Part shown: positions 41,622 to 51,600 of the stretch, in pieces | How positions within the stretch are numbered: the first letter of the stretch is position 1 | Layout: the number at the start of each line of letters is the position of its first letter | Assembly (NCBI GenBank): GCA_965205945.1 | Contig: CBDBIB010000002.1 | Span: 128,001 to 192,000, forward strand | DNA from: Bdellovibrionales bacterium | Lineage (GTDB): Bacteria > Bdellovibrionota > Bdellovibrionia > Bdellovibrionales > UBA1609 | Reading direction: 5' to 3' | Length of the DNA stretch: 64,000 nt | Notes under the pieces: model-generated | Databases searched by the model: none | Told to the model about the DNA's origin: nothing | What the model saw: only the letters and a program-made list of their open reading frames with translations | Program-made: the position numbers and the translations under genes

Positions 41622-43318
41622 ATACGACAGGATCTTTAAAAACTTCTCTAGATTCAATTTTACTTAAAAGCACTTCTTTTTCAAAAGAAGAGTTAAGTTC
41701 ATTATTTTCAACGTCTTTGCCTTCTGGTGAAACCGTGGGAAAGATTTTAAGAGGGAAATCTTTTAAAACTTCTAGTGAAGCGGTAGGAAATCTGTCTAAA
41801 TTAATTGGTATTGATTTTGTCGAAGAGGTTCCTTTTGGCGAAATTTCTGGAGATTTAGTAAGAAATATACCAATTAATTATGCTAAAACAAATGGAGTTA
41901 TACCTTATAAGGAAGAAAAAGAAGAACTTTTTGTATTCTCCTCAAATCCTTTAAATTTTAATGTTTTAGATGATTTAAGAGTTCTTTTTAATAAAAAAAT
42001 AACGCCAATCATGTCAACAAGTGTGATTATTCAAGAGGCTATTAATAAAGTTTATGAAAAAAGTACATCTGGTTTAGATGGTTTTGATGAAGTTAGTGGT
42101 GAAGAGTATGACTTAGAGGATCCGGTTATAGATTTATTAGAAGCTGGTGAAGATGATGCTCCAGTCATTAAACTTGTAAACTCTTTGTTATTTAGAGCTG
42201 TAAAAGAAAAAGCTTCAGATGTTCATCTAGAACCTTATGAAAGAGATATGGTGGTGAGATTTAGAATTGATGGAATTTTGTTTGATATATTTAAACCACC
42301 TAAAAAGTTACAAAATGCAATCACTTCTAGGATTAAAGTTATGGCGAATTTAAATATTGCTGAAAAAAGACTCCCACAGGATGGAAGAATTCCTTTAAAA
42401 CTTGCAGGTAAAGATATTGATGTACGTTTATCCACTGTGCCAACAGCTTTTGGAGAACGAGTGGTCATGCGTCTTCAAGATAGATCTAATATTATTCTAG
42501 ATCTTAATCAGTTAGGTTTTTCAGCTGAGTCTTTGGTTCAAATCAATCATATCTTGGAAAAAACCTACGGTATTTTGTTAGTAACAGGTCCTACAGGTAG
42601 TGGTAAATCAACTACACTTTATTCTTGTATGTCTAAAATAAACACTATTGACAGAAATATTGTGACTGTTGAAAACCCTGTAGAGCAAAGAATTCATGGA
42701 ATTGGGCAGATTCAAACTAATGAAAGAATTGGTCTTACTTTTGGAACTGCACTAAGAGCTATTTTAAGGCAAGATCCTAATGTTATTATGATAGGAGAGA
42801 TTAGAGACCTAGAAACAGCTGAGATTGCAATCAACGCATCTTTAACTGGTCACTTAGTTTTGTCTACTATTCATACCAATGATTCATCAGGCGTATTTCC
42901 AAGACTTATTGATATGGGGTGTGAACCTTTTTTGATTGCAACATCTTTACTTGGTGTAATTGCTCAAAGACTTGTTAGAGTTTTGTGCGATCATTGTAAA
43001 ATTCCTTATGTACCTTCAGCTATTGAGGTGAAGGCCTTAGGTTTAACGGTAGAACAGGTAAAAAATGCTACTATTCACAAGCCTGTTGGGTGTAGTGAGT
43101 GCAATCATAAAGGTTATGGGGGGCGAACTTTGATTATGGAACTTTTAGTTTTAGATGATAAAGTACGATCTTTAATTATGCAAAGAATAGATAGTGGAAC
43201 AATTAAAAAAGTTGCTGAAAAAAATGGAATGAAAACTTTTAGAGATCATGGAGTTTCTAAGGTTCTAAATGGAATCACTTCTATTGAAGAAGTGATTACA
43301 AACACACAAGTAGATTAG
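41618..43318 (+). CDS. gspE: Type II secretion ATPase E
   Basis: EKRLPQDGR, GPTGSGKSTT, LRQDP..IMIGEIRD, TGHLVLSTIH, tetracysteine motif. Confidence 0.96.
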   Translation: MNTTGSLKTSLDSILLKSTSFSKEELSSLFSTSLPSGETVGKILRGKSFKTSSEAVGNLSKLIGIDFVEEVPFGEISGDLVRNIPINYAKTNGVIPYKEEKEELFVFSSNPLNFNVLDDLRVLFNKKITPIMSTSVIIQEAINKVYEKSTSGLDGFDEVSGEEYDLEDPVIDLLEAGEDDAPVIKLVNSLLFRAVKEKASDVHLEPYERDMVVRFRIDGILFDIFKPPKKLQNAITSRIKVMANLNIAEKRLPQDGRIPLKLAGKDIDVRLSTVPTAFGERVVMRLQDRSNIILDLNQLGFSAESLVQINHILEKTYGILLVTGPTGSGKSTTLYSCMSKINTIDRNIVTVENPVEQRIHGIGQIQTNERIGLTFGTALRAILRQDPNVIMIGEIRDLETAEIAINASLTGHLVLSTIHTNDSSGVFPRLIDMGCEPFLIATSLLGVIAQRLVRVLCDHCKIPYVPSAIEVKALGLTVEQVKNATIHKPVGCSECNHKGYGGRTLIMELLVLDDKVRSLIMQRIDSGTIKKVAEKNGMKTFRDHGVSKVLNGITSIEEVITNTQVD

Positions 43319-43327
43319 AGTATATAA

Positions 43328-44542
43328 ATGCCCTTATATAAATATAAAGCTTTAAATAGGCAGGGAAAAAAAGTGAAAGGAGTTATTGATGCTGATAACT
43401 CTAAGGCAGCTCGTTTAGAGCTTAAAAAAAAAGGCCTTTATGTAACAGATGTTTATAATAAATCTCAAAGAAATGCAAAAGCAAAAGGCGGTGTAAGTTC
43501 TAGAGCAAAAGTTAAAATTGATGAGCTATCTCTTATAACCAGGCAGTTAGCAACACTTCTTAAAGCTAATATTCCTTTAGTAGAAGCTTTGGCAATATCT
43601 GCAGACCAATCAGATAATATAGTTTTAAAAGAGGCTTTTTCAGATATTAGAAATCAAGTTAATGAAGGGGGAGCCCTTCATAATGCGTTATTAAAGTACC
43701 CTGGAATGTTTAATAAAGTTTATGTTTCAATGTGTGAAGCCGGTGAAATATCAGGAACTCTTGATGTTATTCTTGTTAGGCTTGCTGAGTTTACAGAGAA
43801 TCAAAGCGAATTAAAAGCTAAGTTAAAATCAGCAATGACTTATCCAATGATTATGCTTTCTTTTATGACTTTGTTAGTAGGTGGATTGTTTGTTTTTATG
43901 ATTCCTCAGATGAAACAAATTTTTGAAGATAATGAAGATTTAGAACTTCCCGTATTATCAAAAGTAGTTTTTGCAACAAGTGATTTCTTATTAGCATATT
44001 GGGTTTTTATTGTAGTAAGTTTTATGTTCTCTATATTTTTATTTCAAATTTGGAAGAAATCCCCTTCAGGAAGTAATGCTTGGGATGCGATTAAGTTAAA
44101 ACTTCCAGTTTTTGGAAGCTTAATTAGAATGGTGGCTGTTGCAAGGTTTACAAGAACCTTAGCAACACTATTAGATGGTGGCGTTCCTATGCTTAATGCA
44201 ATGTCTATTGTTAGAAATGTTGTAGATAATGAAGTGTTAGCAGTGGCTTTAGATGAGGCTAGAGATAATATTAGTGAAGGAGAGTCTATTGGAGGTCCTC
44301 TTAAAAAATCTGGAGAATTTCCATTAATTGTGGTTCATATGGTAAGTATTGGTGAAAAAACAGGTGAGCTTGAAAGTATGCTGCTACAGGTGAGTGATTC
44401 TTACGACTTTCAGGTAAAAAATAAGGTAGATAGTTTTACATCTATTTTAGAACCCGTTATGTTAGTTTTAATGGGGCTTATTGTGGCAGTTATTGTATTT
44501 GCAGTAGTGCTGCCAATGCTTGCAATGCAGGGGGCGGCTTAA
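43328..44542 (+). CDS. gspF: Type II secretion inner-membrane platform F
   Basis: RQLATLL, AGE.SG.LD, AMTYP, GEKTGELE, LEP. Confidence 0.95.
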   Translation: MPLYKYKALNRQGKKVKGVIDADNSKAARLELKKKGLYVTDVYNKSQRNAKAKGGVSSRAKVKIDELSLITRQLATLLKANIPLVEALAISADQSDNIVLKEAFSDIRNQVNEGGALHNALLKYPGMFNKVYVSMCEAGEISGTLDVILVRLAEFTENQSELKAKLKSAMTYPMIMLSFMTLLVGGLFVFMIPQMKQIFEDNEDLELPVLSKVVFATSDFLLAYWVFIVVSFMFSIFLFQIWKKSPSGSNAWDAIKLKLPVFGSLIRMVAVARFTRTLATLLDGGVPMLNAMSIVRNVVDNEVLAVALDEARDNISEGESIGGPLKKSGEFPLIVVHMVSIGEKTGELESMLLQVSDSYDFQVKNKVDSFTSILEPVMLVLMGLIVAVIVFAVVLPMLAMQGAA

Positions 44543-44590
44543 AGATTTAAAGAGGATAATTTTGTGTTTTTAATATAGAAGGAGAAAAAA

Positions 44591-45010
44591 ATGATAAGAG
44601 TAAATAATCAAAAAGGTATGAGCTTAGTTGAGATATTAGTTGTTTTAGCTATTATCGGCGTTATTGGGACAACAATTGCTAGTAATGTTATAGGTAGAAA
44701 TAAAAAAGCTAAATATGATACTGCAAAAATTCAAATATCTAAAATTGCTAACGCAATTAATGAATTTTATAGTGACTGTGACCAGGTTCCAGAGTCTTTA
44801 GATCAGCTTATTGATCAACCAAGTGAAAATGTTTGTGAATTTTGGGGTTTGGGTGGAGCATACGTTAAAAAGCAAGACCTTGTAGACCCATGGAAGCAAG
44901 AATTTATATATGAAGTAAAGGGGAGTGATTTTGTTATTACAAGCTATGGTGCTGATAAGTCTCAAGGTGGAGAAGGCTTAGGAAAAGATATTTCAAGTGA
45001 GGATCTTTAA
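44591..45010 (+). CDS. gspG: Type II secretion major pseudopilin G
   Basis: GMSLVEILVV, DPWK..F.Y, SYGADK..GGEG..KDI. Confidence 0.92.
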   Translation: MIRVNNQKGMSLVEILVVLAIIGVIGTTIASNVIGRNKKAKYDTAKIQISKIANAINEFYSDCDQVPESLDQLIDQPSENVCEFWGLGGAYVKKQDLVDPWKQEFIYEVKGSDFVITSYGADKSQGGEGLGKDISSEDL

Positions 45011-45262
45011 AAAATAATTTTTAAGATTAAAACTTTTTATTAAAGTATTATCTATAGATTATATAGTTTTACTAAAAATTGATGGGGTTATATTACTCCA
45101 TTAATGATTTACAGGTTTAGTATTTTTATTAAGAAGAAAAGTCTTAAACTTAAGTAATTAATTAAATTCATACCTACTAATCTATTTTTTTTATATTTGA
45201 GTTAAGATTACGCTGAATAGATATCTTTAAAGTAAGGAGTCTTAACTGCAATAAGGACATGT

Positions 45263-45853
45263 TTAAGAAGAGGTTTTAAATCCTTTTTTTTCTAGTTCTG
45301 TTAAAAGTTGAACCAAGGGAAGGCCTTTAATAGAGGTTTTATCTGTAGTTTGAACTGATGTAAATAAGGAATTTCCGTTTTCTTCAAATTTAAAACTTCC
45401 AGCACAATCATAAGGTTTATCTAAAAGAAGGTATTTTGTAATTTCCTTATTTGAGAGTTTTTTAAAGTTTAATTGAGTATTGCATTCAAAAAAAACATCA
45501 TTACCATTAGTATCATGTAAGTATGTAGCAGTTACTAATAAGGCAGATTTTCCAGATACAGATGAAAGTTGTTTAAAGGAACCATTAAAATCTTTACCCT
45601 TTCCTAAAACTGTATTGTTTAAAATCAAGGCTTGATCAGCACCGATAATTATGGAATTAGGATGATCTTTTAAAAGTGATAAGGCTTTGTGTTTTGCTAA
45701 AAACATACAAAGTTCATGTGGAGGGCCTTTAAAGTTATCTTTAAGAAGATTTTCATCGCAAAGAGGTTTTGTGGTTAAAAAACTAATATTTAAACTTTTA
45801 AGCAAAGCCTTTTTATAGGGGCTTTTACTTGCAAGGATTAAAATTTTCTTCAT
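45263..45853 (-). CDS. maf: Maf-family nucleotide pyrophosphatase
   Basis: ILASKSP, IIGADQ, PYDCAGSF, GLPL. Confidence 0.9.
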   Translation of the reverse strand: MKKILILASKSPYKKALLKSLNISFLTTKPLCDENLLKDNFKGPPHELCMFLAKHKALSLLKDHPNSIIIGADQALILNNTVLGKGKDFNGSFKQLSSVSGKSALLVTATYLHDTNGNDVFFECNTQLNFKKLSNKEITKYLLLDKPYDCAGSFKFEENGNSLFTSVQTTDKTSIKGLPLVQLLTELEKKGFKTSS

Positions 45854-45901
45854 TTTTATAACCTCATTATCTTTGACTTTTTATATAATGCTTTAGACAC
45901 T

Positions 45902-46969
45902 TTGGGTATGCAAAGTTATATACACCAAATTAGTCCTATAGCTGTATCTATTTATGGAAATATTGCCATACGCTGGTATGGATTAGCTTATCTAGCAGGC
46001 TTAGTGTTGGGTTTATTACTCATGAGGAAAATGAGTAAAAGAGGGGGTAACCTTTTAGATTTTGAACAACTTTCAGACTTTTTAACATGGATAGCTTTGG
46101 GAGTTATGGGTGGAGGAAGACTTGGATATTGCTTATTTTACTCTCCTGATCTTTTAATTGATTTTTCTACAAGCTTTCCTTTTTGGGGAGGGTTAAGAAT
46201 ATGGGAAGGTGGGATGTCTAGCCATGGTGGAGCTCTAGGGGTTCTTATAGCTTCTTATTTTTTTAGTAGAAAACATAAAGTCTTTTGGATGCATACTAGT
46301 GACCTTACTGTTTTAGGTGCAAGCCTTGGTTTTTTCTTTGGAAGAATTGCTAACTTTATAAATGGTGAGCTTTATGGAAGAGTTGTTAAAAAACCAATTT
46401 CATGGGCTGTAAAGTTCCCTCAAGAGCTAACAGAGTGGGTTTATTATAGCCAAAATAAGTTAATGAATTTAGAACCACTTGCTCAAAAATTTGCAGGAAC
46501 TATAGGTGTGCCACAGGGATTAACAGTTTATAATTGGGTAGAGCTTGTTTCTAGATATGCTTTAGATTCTAAAGCAAAGAGTATTGTTGAGGGCTTTGTT
46601 TTATGGATTCAAAATCAGTGTATAGAAAAAAATCAGTTGGTATTAGAAGCTTTGCAAACAGTTTTACCAGCAAGGTATCCATCACAGCTTATTCAAGCTT
46701 TGTGTGAAGGTTTATTAGTCTTTATCATATTAAACGTTATTTGGTTGAAGCCTAGAAAACCTGGTGTTTTAACAGCATGGTTTGGTATTTTGTATGCATT
46801 TACAAGAATTATTGGAGAGCAGTTTAGAATGCCAGATGCACAAATAGGTTTTCAGGCTTTCGGATTAACAAGAGGTCAATGGTTAAGTGTAGGGATGTTG
46901 ATAGCGGGAGTTATACTTTTAATTTACTCTTTAAGACGTGATGTTGAAAAAATAAAAGGCTGGTCGTAA
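45902..46969 (+). CDS. lgt: Prolipoprotein diacylglyceryl transferase
   Basis: RWYGLAY, GGRLGY, GGMSSHGG, GRIANFINGELYGR, YPSQL, EQFRMPD. Confidence 0.96.
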   Translation: MGMQSYIHQISPIAVSIYGNIAIRWYGLAYLAGLVLGLLLMRKMSKRGGNLLDFEQLSDFLTWIALGVMGGGRLGYCLFYSPDLLIDFSTSFPFWGGLRIWEGGMSSHGGALGVLIASYFFSRKHKVFWMHTSDLTVLGASLGFFFGRIANFINGELYGRVVKKPISWAVKFPQELTEWVYYSQNKLMNLEPLAQKFAGTIGVPQGLTVYNWVELVSRYALDSKAKSIVEGFVLWIQNQCIEKNQLVLEALQTVLPARYPSQLIQALCEGLLVFIILNVIWLKPRKPGVLTAWFGILYAFTRIIGEQFRMPDAQIGFQAFGLTRGQWLSVGMLIAGVILLIYSLRRDVEKIKGWS

Positions 46970-47114
46970 ACCTAGATAAAACTATCTTAGATTAAATTTG
47001 AATCACTATGTTTTTAAAAGAAAGTACTTCTTAATAACGTTTTAGATATTAGATAAAATGGGGGAATAGGGTGCTTAAGATTAATGATATGCTATGACCC
47101 TTTGTTCTCTTTAG

Positions 47115-47889
47115 TAGCTTGAGTTCAGACTTTTTAAATCTGGTTTAATACTCTATTTTCATGGGCTTAAACACGTATTGCTGGTTTAAAAGGACGTAGA
47201 CAATATGGCAGTTAATGCTGATAAAAGATTCACTATGAAGTTTTTTAGGACTTTGATGTTAAGAGTGTTCAATATGAAACTCTTTCTTTAAAATTCCTAA
47301 AACAGTTTTAACAATATATCTTTTTCTCAGTAAAAGTTTATCAAAAAGTGGTACAAACTTATTCTTCATATTTGATTTTAAATTAGTAATTAACTTAAAC
47401 ACTTTTAGCCATAAGTTTTTTTAAAGAGGTTCTTTTAAGATATACCCCTTATCTCCAAAAAGCTTTCCAAATAAACCATCTGTAAGGTTCTCTAAAGGTT
47501 TGATGGCGACTGATTCTTTTGTTGTTACAAACACTAATAGGGCTTGAGTCTAGAATAGATATTCCTGTAATTTGATTCCATGAGTGAGTTTAGGAAAATA
47601 AAGAGTTAAGGTGCTCAATATTTTTTAAGTTCCACAAACCTATTATAGGACAAGAGTTTTGGGAAATAAGGTTTTAGAAATTTTTAAACATAGCCTATAT
47701 AAAAAGCTTTAAAATTTCTAAAACCAGAAAACTGGAACAACAAACAGATTGTGATAACTTTAGATTCAGATAACGCAGGGGGAAAACCCTTTCTTCCTTT
47801 TTCTGGGTGTGAGTTTGCGCTGTTCGTAATTTAGTCCTAAAATAAAGTCGTCAACAAGAGTAAAAACCTCTATAATTTGGTTCTCTTTG
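47115..47889 (-). mobile_element. IS982-family transposase pseudogene (stops, frameshifts, internal deletion)
   Basis: Manual minus-strand translation gives EVFTLVDDF, LSESKVITI..FQFSGFRNFKAFY, FPKLLSYNRFVEL, TGISILDSSPISVCNNKRI, LFGKLFGDKGYI, KSNMKNK...DKLLLRKR..V, HIEHS. These are IS982 DDE motifs; the central GFKLH segment is missing. Confidence 0.88.
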
Positions 47890-48015
47890 AACTCTTGTTA
47901 ATGGCGACTTAACTACACATGTTACTAATATGAGCCATATGTATTGAGTAATGCAGCTTTAGTAACCCCCTAACATCTCTGGTTGGAATACTTTTAAAGT
48001 TATTAATATGGATGG
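47890..48015 (+). pseudogene. Orphan degenerate copy of the adhesin tip-repeat cassette
   Basis: AACTCTTGTTAATGG...CATGTTACTAATATGAGCCATATG...ATGCAGCTTTAG...TGGAATACTTTTAAAGTTATTAATATG aligns by eye with 54617-54745; contains indels and stops. Confidence 0.85.
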
Positions 48016-48569
48016 TGTGCTTTTATAAAACATGCCGATAAGGAGGATTATGTTACTACGTCTATTTACGTCTATTTTAAAATTATATTTAAGTTTAAAA
48101 GTATTTAATTATAAAAGTTTAGACTTTATTTTTTTAAAATTATTATTTTCAATAAAATTTTTATCATTAAAAATAAGGACTGCTTTAGAATTTACTTTAA
48201 AAATATTTAATATTTAGCGCTCTTTTTTTAAAGCTTAGATTTAAATATCTTTATTTATCATAGCTGTTATTTTAACCAACATCTAAGTTTAAAAGTTATT
48301 AAGATACAGCATATGTATTATATAAAATTAAATAAATATTTAAAGCGATATTCTTTAAGGTTTTTTTTTAATATTTATTTGTATAGAGCTATTATTTAAA
48401 TAAGAAAATCTTGTTAATTAAACGTAACTATTTTGCAACATTTTTATGTCACAAAGAAATTTACACTTAAGCACCATAGTTAAAATCAGCAGGTCAAATC
48501 AAAAATAATGTGGTTTTAAGCAGAAATAGTAACATAATCCTCCTTATCGGCATATTTTGTAAAAGCACA
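48016..48569. repeat. 554-bp segment bounded by 43-bp inverted repeats (invertible element or MITE)
   Basis: 48016-48058 TGTGCTTTTATAAAACATGCCGATAAGGAGGATTATGTTACTA versus reverse complement of 48527-48569 TGTGCTTTTACAAAATATGCCGATAAGGAGGATTATGTTACTA: 41 of 43 identical. Confidence 0.9.
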
Positions 48570-48625
48570 GATTTTAAATGAAAATAAAAATGTAGAATTA
48601 GAGCTAAAAAACTATTTAATTTCCT

Positions 48626-48652
48626 CTAATTGTTAAGCTTTTCATCCGAAAT
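48626..48652 (+). promoter_or_regulatory. Possible sigma28 (FliA)-type promoter of the fibre gene
   Basis: CTAA-N15-TCCGAAAT versus consensus TAAA-N15-GCCGATAA; would place the true start at ATG 48660 or GTG 48704. Confidence 0.35.
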
Positions 48653-51600
48653 ATACAATATGTATAGAGTATATGACTTATTAAAAAATTTCATAGAAAT
48701 AGGTGTGAAAGCTCTAACTTTCTTCACAATTTTACTATTAACTCCCCATTCTCTAGCCACCCCAAGTTCTTTTGTTTTTCAAGGTCAAATTGTAAAACCC
48801 AATGGAGACGCTTTAGAAGAAAATAATGTCAGCTTTCTTGTTCAAGTTTTATCCTCCATGGATCATTGTCTTCTTTACGAAGAAAGTTTTAATCTTAATA
48901 TGATAGGATCAAAGGGAGTTTTTAACTTAAACGTTGGGTCTGGAATAAACACAGGAAATGGAGGCTTAACAAATTTATCTAAAGCTTTAGACAATTCTTT
49001 TTTAAACAATAAAAGTCTTAGTTGTGCCTTTGGGTCTTCATACACTCCAACCTTAAACGATACAAGAAGGCTTAGAGTAACTTTTGATCATGGCAGCGGC
49101 CCTCTTACTTTAACAAATGATCATATAATTCACAGTGTGCCCTATGCTCAGTATGCCGGCAAACTTGGTGGAAAAGCTGTTAATGATTTTATTCAAGTAA
49201 GTCGTGGTGTTACTCAAAGCAATTTAGAGACCGTGTTTGATAATGATGCCAATCAAAGGGAGCTTATGGCTTTAATTAATGGCAGCTCTAATCAATACTC
49301 CCCATTAAGCATCAGTGGAGCTAGCTCTTTACCGAGTTTTTCAAGCTCTCATCCACCACCTAATTCTCAGGCAGGAGATATTTGGTATAACTCTACAAAT
49401 AATCAAATCATGTACTACAATGGATCAGCAGCCACTGTTGTTGGTAAAGGTAGTGGAACTGTAACCAGTATTACAGCAGGAAGTGGCTTAAGTGGTGGAA
49501 CCATTACAAACAGTGGTACAATTTTAATTGCACCAGGGGGTGTTTTAAACAGTCATCTTGCAAGTGGTATTCATGCAAATAAAATCACAAGTGGAATTCT
49601 ACCAAGCTCAGTGGTTCCCACAGGAACTGACAATACAAAACTTCCTCTTACAGGAGGGGTTTTATTAGGTGACCTTAACTTTAATAATAATCAGATTCTA
49701 AACACAAGTCATATTATGCAAAACCCAGGAAGTACCATGACCTTAGGTTCTTATACGAATTTAGAAGAAGTTAGTCTTTTAGGGTCTATGAACATGAGCA
49801 ATGCTGGGGCTACTTGGTACAATAGTGACTCTGGAGCGCTTAAGTATTGGAATGGTGTTAGCTTAGAAGTTTTAAGCACCTTAAGTAGTGCATCAAGTGT
49901 TTTAGTCAATGCTCCTTTAACTTCTTCAGGTGGTAGCAACCCAACAATAAGCATCAACCTTGGTAGGGGTTTATACAACAACAGTGGAAACATAGATTTA
50001 GATTTAGATTCTTCTGGGGGTTTAGAGTTTAATATAAATAAATTAAAAGTAAAAGTAGGAAGTGGTTTAAAAATTACGCCAAGGGGTTTAGAAGCAGATA
50101 TAGGAAGTGGTTTAGGACAGCTCATGCAAGTGGACACTCTTCCTGTGTGTACTAGTGGGGAAAAGATTCAACGAAACCCTGGTGCTATAATAAGCTATTC
50201 TTGCGTGGCTGATATTGATACGGACACAGACACAAGTCTTTTAGGAAGCCAGGCTCAAGGGGATCTTACAGGAACCTACCCAAACCCTAGTCTTACACCA
50301 ACGGGTGTAACCCAAGGGGCGTACCCAAAAGTTAGAGTTGATGTTAAAGGAAGAGTGGTTGAGGGTTTAAGTTTATTAAAATCTGATATACCAGATTTAA
50401 ATGGAGAAAAGATCACTTCAGGAATCATTAGCACAGCTAGATTAGATGTTGGCACAGGGAGCAATCAGCTTATTAAGCTTGATAGCTCTTTAAGACTGCC
50501 TGCTGTTGATGGAAGTCGGCTTATAAACTTACCAAGTAGTGCTGATAATATGGGAGATGGTATAGCTCGATTAAATATAAATCTTAACCAAAATTATTTA
50601 AGTGGAGACGGTGATAATGAGGGAATTATTATTGATGCTAGTGGAAGGGTTGGGGTTGGTAAGGCTAGTCCTGAGGCTTTATTAGACGTTGCTGGAACAG
50701 CAAGAATAACACAAATTTGTGATGAAAGAGGAGCAAATTGTAAGGATGTGTCTGAAGGTTGGAGTTTAGCAAGTCTGGCGGCAAACACGGTGACCTACAC
50801 TCCATTTGGAAACATTCAGGCTACAGATGTAGAAGGTGCACTTAATGAACTTGAATCTAGAAAAGCTCCAATAACTAGAACTATTAGAACGGCTTTAAAC
50901 AGTGGATTAAGTGGAGGCGGAGATTTATCAACTGATAGAAGTTTAAGTGTAGACATTAACAAAACTACAGAAAAAACTACGGCTGATTCTTTAGACAGTG
51001 TTTTAATGTATGATGTTTCTCAAAGTGGTCTTAAAAAAATAACACATTCAAACTTTTTAAACGGTTATTTAAAAGCTTCTTTAGGCACAAGTCGAGGCAA
51101 CGCAATGGATGCTGGTGGGGTGCCTAGTTGTGAAGCCAATGAAAAACTTCAAATGAGTGAAGGTCCTATTTATTTATGGTCATGTGTGACAGACACAAGT
51201 CTTTTAGGAAGCCAGGCTCAAGGGGATCTTACAGGAACCTACCCAAACCCTAGTCTTACACCAACGGGTGTAACCCAAGGGGCGTACCCAAAAGTTAGAG
51301 TTGATGTTAAAGGAAGAGTGGTTGAGGGTTTAAGTTTATTAAAATCTGATATACCAGATTTAAATGGAGAAAAGATCACTTCAGGAACCATTAGCACAGC
51401 TAGATTAGATGTTGGCACAGGGAGCAATCAGCTTATTAAGCTTGATAGCTCTTTAAGACTGCCTGCTGTTGATGGAAGTCGGCTTATAAACTTACCAAGC
51501 AGTGCTGATAATATGGGAGATAGTATAGCTCGATTAAATATAAGTCTTAATCAAAATTATTTAAGTGGAGACGGTGATAATGAGGGAATTATTATTGATG

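Noticed and set aside
47890..48015. Orphan cassette as a DGR template repeat
   Set aside because: Differences from the gene copy include many non-adenine substitutions and indels, and no reverse transcriptase is adjacent.
48032..48217. 61-aa ORF as a confident protein-coding gene
   Set aside because: Low-complexity AT-rich translation that starts inside the inverted repeat arm; kept only as part of the inverted-repeat finding.
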